Shown: in pieces, positions 61,188 to 64,000 of the stretch
Numbering within the stretch: position 1 is the first letter of the stretch
Layout of the letters: each line of letters starts with the position of its first letter
Assembly (NCBI GenBank): GCA_050251945.1
Contig: JBFWLW010000005.1
Coordinates: 160,001 to 224,000 of the forward strand
Reading direction: 5' to 3'
DNA: 64,000 bases
Origin: Deferribacterales bacterium
Lineage (GTDB): Bacteria > Chrysiogenota > Deferribacteres > Deferribacterales > Geovibrionaceae
Position numbers and translations under genes: made by a program
The notes under the pieces: model-generated
The model's database searches: none
Told to the model about the DNA's origin: nothing
Seen by the model: the letters and a program-made list of their open reading frames with translations, nothing else

Positions 61188-63497
61188 TTATGAGCAGTGT
61201 GAGTATCCGCATGAATAGCAGATATCGCAGCCTTCAACATGCTCAACAGGTCCGCCGCAGTCGGGGCATGCGCCGTTTTTGACCTTTCCGCTGCCGCTGT
61301 CCGCTTTTTCGGCTTTTTCAAGGAGCTTGTCGACAGTTATGCTGTCGTCCTGTTTTCCGCTCACTTTTATTTCCGTGTTGTCGCGTATAGCCTGTTCAAG
61401 AGCTTTGCCAACAGCGTCGGAACAGCTCAGTACAGTGTTGGGACCGAAGCCGTATCTCATGTGACAGCTGATGCCTTTGAGCTGTTTGATGATACGGTCG
61501 ATATCGCCGCCGCTTCTGAGGTCTATTGAGATAAGACGTCCTATTGCCTCGCACTGGCTCTGGGCGCATCCGCCAGCTTTGCCCATGCTGGTAAACACTT
61601 CAAAAGGTTTGCCTGTTTCGTCCTGATTGATGGTTACATAGAGCTTTCCGCATCCTGTCATCATCTCGACGGTACGTCCCACCAGAACTTTCGGTCTGGG
61701 CTTGGGTGCGAACTCGCACGGCTCTTTTGAAACGGTTTCGGTTTTTTCCTCTTTGTCTTTTGTGCCGACGTTGAGAACCTGTCCGGTGCGGCTTCCGTCT
61801 CTGTATATTGTTGTTCCCTTGCATCCGAGGTTGTAAGAAAGCAGGTATGTTTTGCGTACGTCCTCAATTGTTGCTTCATTGGGGAAGTTTACGGTTTTGC
61901 TGACAGCGTTGTCGGTGAATTTCTGGAACGCAGCCTGCATTTTTGTATGCCAGAAGGGGGTTATGTCGTGTGCAGTGACAAAAGCCTCCTGCCATTTTTC
62001 GGGAACGGTGTCCACCCCGTGCAGACTGCCTGTTTCGGCAACCTGTTCAAGAAGCGCGTCGGTGAGGAATCCCTCTCTTTTTGCGATCTCTTTGAAAACA
62101 GGGCTGACCTCAACGAGTTTGTTGTTGTCCATTACCTGTCTGTAAAAAGCGATGGCGAAGAAGGGTTCTATACCGCTGGAACATCCCGCTATTATGGAGA
62201 TTGTTCCGGTGGGCGCAACCGTTGTAATGGTTGCGTTGCGCATGTTCTTAAAGCCCTTTCCGGGATATACGCTGTCTTTGAAAGTGGGGAAATCACCGCG
62301 TTTAACGGCGAGTTCAGCAGATTTCACGCGCCCTGTGTCGCGGATGAACTGCATAACGTCCTCTGCGAGTTTCGTTGCCTCGTCAGAGTTGTAGGGGATG
62401 CACATCAGCGCGAGCATATCCGCCCAGCCCATGAGACCCAGACCGATTTTACGGTTGCGTTTGGTCTGTTTGTCTATCTGGGGAATAGGGTATTTGTTCA
62501 TATCTATTACGTTGTCGAGGAAATGCACGGCAATGTCGATGGTTTTTTCAAGGTCTTCCCAGTCTATCTTTCCGTCTTTAACGAACCTGCCAAGGTTGAT
62601 TGAACCGAGGTTGCATGATTCATAGGGCAGAAGAGGCTGTTCGCCGCAAGGGTTTGTACTCTCCATCTCACCCTCTTTGGGGGTGGGATTCTCTGCGTTT
62701 ATCCTGTCCAGATAAACGATACCGGGGTCGCCGCCTTCCCATGCGAGCTGAACCATCTTGTCGAAAACGTCTTTGGCTTTCAGTTTTCCGGCAGCAGCCT
62801 TTGTCTTGGGGTTTATAAGGTCATAGTCGGTGTCGTTTATTACAGCCTGCATAAATTTTTCGGTTATGCCTACGGAGAGGTTAAAGTTTGTGAGCTTCGT
62901 TTTGTCCTCTTTTGCGTAGATGAAATCCATAACATCGGGGTGGTCGACGCGCAAAATGCCCATGTTCGCGCCTCTGCGTGTTCCGCCCTGTTTGATGGTT
63001 TCAGTGGCTGCGTCGAAAACTGTCATAAATGATACGGGACCGCTGGACACGCCTCTTGTGGTCTTAACGACGTCGTCTTTCGGACGCAGGCGCGAGAAAG
63101 AAAATCCTGTACCGCCGCCTGATTTATGTATGAGTGCCGTATTTTTTACGGCTTCAAAAATATCTTCAAGCGAATCCTCCACCGGAAGAACGAAACAAGC
63201 TGCAAGCTGCTGAAGCTCACGTCCTGCGTTCATGAGGGTGGGGGAGTTGGGTAGAAATCTCAGAGTGACCATCTGGTCATAGAATTCTTTGGCGGAGGCA
63301 AGTATGTCTGCGTCTTTGTCGTAATTCCTGTCGGCTTCTGCAATGTTGAGAGCGACTCTTCTGAACATGTCTATCGGTTTTTCGGAAGGTTTTCCGTTGT
63401 TATCCCTTTTGAGGTAACGCTTTTCCAGAACAGTAATGGCGTTCTGGCTTAATTCCGGCTCACGAGAAAGCACTTTCTCGATGTCCTTAAGACTCAT
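61188..63497 (-). CDS. nrdJ: Adenosylcobalamin-dependent class II ribonucleotide reductase
   Basis: FLPNSPTLMNAG, LAACFV, GGTRRGANM, TNPCGEQ, APTGTIS, YRDGSR; C-terminal TSCPD-like domain and Zn ribbon. Confidence 0.95.
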   Translation of the reverse strand: MSLKDIEKVLSREPELSQNAITVLEKRYLKRDNNGKPSEKPIDMFRRVALNIAEADRNYDKDADILASAKEFYDQMVTLRFLPNSPTLMNAGRELQQLAACFVLPVEDSLEDIFEAVKNTALIHKSGGGTGFSFSRLRPKDDVVKTTRGVSSGPVSFMTVFDAATETIKQGGTRRGANMGILRVDHPDVMDFIYAKEDKTKLTNFNLSVGITEKFMQAVINDTDYDLINPKTKAAAGKLKAKDVFDKMVQLAWEGGDPGIVYLDRINAENPTPKEGEMESTNPCGEQPLLPYESCNLGSINLGRFVKDGKIDWEDLEKTIDIAVHFLDNVIDMNKYPIPQIDKQTKRNRKIGLGLMGWADMLALMCIPYNSDEATKLAEDVMQFIRDTGRVKSAELAVKRGDFPTFKDSVYPGKGFKNMRNATITTVAPTGTISIIAGCSSGIEPFFAIAFYRQVMDNNKLVEVSPVFKEIAKREGFLTDALLEQVAETGSLHGVDTVPEKWQEAFVTAHDITPFWHTKMQAAFQKFTDNAVSKTVNFPNEATIEDVRKTYLLSYNLGCKGTTIYRDGSRTGQVLNVGTKDKEEKTETVSKEPCEFAPKPRPKVLVGRTVEMMTGCGKLYVTINQDETGKPFEVFTSMGKAGGCAQSQCEAIGRLISIDLRSGGDIDRIIKQLKGISCHMRYGFGPNTVLSCSDAVGKALEQAIRDNTEIKVSGKQDDSITVDKLLEKAEKADSGSGKVKNGACPDCGGPVEHVEGCDICYSCGYSHCS

Positions 63498-63742
63498 ATT
63501 TCCTCCGGCACTTGTTTTTAATGAGTAATGTTATATGCAACTAAAAACTTTGTAAAGTCCGTTTTCTGTGATGGTGTAAATTTTTCTAAGTGATTGATAA
63601 ATGAATAACACATTGATATATAAAAAGAAACATGTGATATGAAAATCAATCAATGTTATATAAACAGCAGGGTTTAAAAAATAGCCGTTCTGTTTTCCGC
63701 TTCAAAACCCCTGCTGGATACAGACTTTTGCCTTATTGTTTT

Positions 63743-64000
63743 TCAGTATTTCTCAGCCAATCCTGCAAGTGTATAACTTTTAAGCATTTTAATGAGGCTT
63801 TCCTGAATTTCTGTCCACATGACGTGAGCAGTGCAAGAGTGTACAAGGTTGCAGAAATCTTCGTCAAAGATACATTTGTTGAGGCTGAGTTCGCCTTCGA
63901 TAGCAGTGATTATGTCATAGACTGAAATCTGAGCGATATCTTTAGATATTCTGAAGCCGCCTTTTTTCCCGCGTTCGGAGGAGAGTATCTCAGATTTTGC
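63743..64000 (-). CDS. Rrf2 family (IscR/NsrR-like) regulator, 3' part only
   Basis: Minus frame reads AKSEILSSERGKKGGFRISKDIAQISVYDIITAIEG..CIFDEDFCNLVHSCTAHVMW..SYTLAGLAEKY*; three Cys. Confidence 0.88.
   Translation of the reverse strand, partial: AKSEILSSERGKKGGFRISKDIAQISVYDIITAIEGELSLNKCIFDEDFCNLVHSCTAHVMWTEIQESLIKMLKSYTLAGLAEKY

Noticed and set aside
63498..63660. NrdR boxes upstream of nrdJ (and nrdD)
   Set aside because: No convincing tandem match to the NrdR consensus in AT-rich sequence
63653..63925. 90-aa plus-strand ORF
   Set aside because: Antisense to the clear Rrf2 coding frame

Overview
A 64-kb, gene-dense, mostly housekeeping region of a bacterial chromosome. The gene content points to an anaerobe, and the gene order suggests Deferribacterales; that assignment is inference only. 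In order it contains: queC; a CPA2 antiporter fused to PTS-EIIA; motAB; an ABC-F ATPase; a TetR-controlled RND efflux operon; a hybrid histidine kinase; a PAS-GGDEF protein; a permease-less 'SBP / G3E GTPase / ABC ATPase' operon; a cobalamin riboswitch ahead of a SPLIT class III ribonucleotide reductase (large subunit, a separate 55-aa glycyl-radical subunit missed by the ORF track, and the activase); dGTPase; zapB-zapA-6S RNA-rarA-ygfA-rny-ymdB-nadA; rpiB-dCMP deaminase-rnfCDGEAB; cbiD-E-F-G-H-J; pyrFE; a PilZ protein-STAS-rlmN-bcp-xseB-ispA-dxs-tlyA-nadK-recN-dedA-M23 run; LPS glycosyltransferases; B12-dependent nrdJ; and a partial Rrf2 regulator. Nine intergenic loci carry a GTC-tagged REP-like hairpin family with clear compensatory covariation. 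Some REP pairs are nested inside two different MITE-like wrappers, one of which duplicates the stem-loop it inserts into. I found no CRISPR array, tRNA, rRNA, transposase or prophage.
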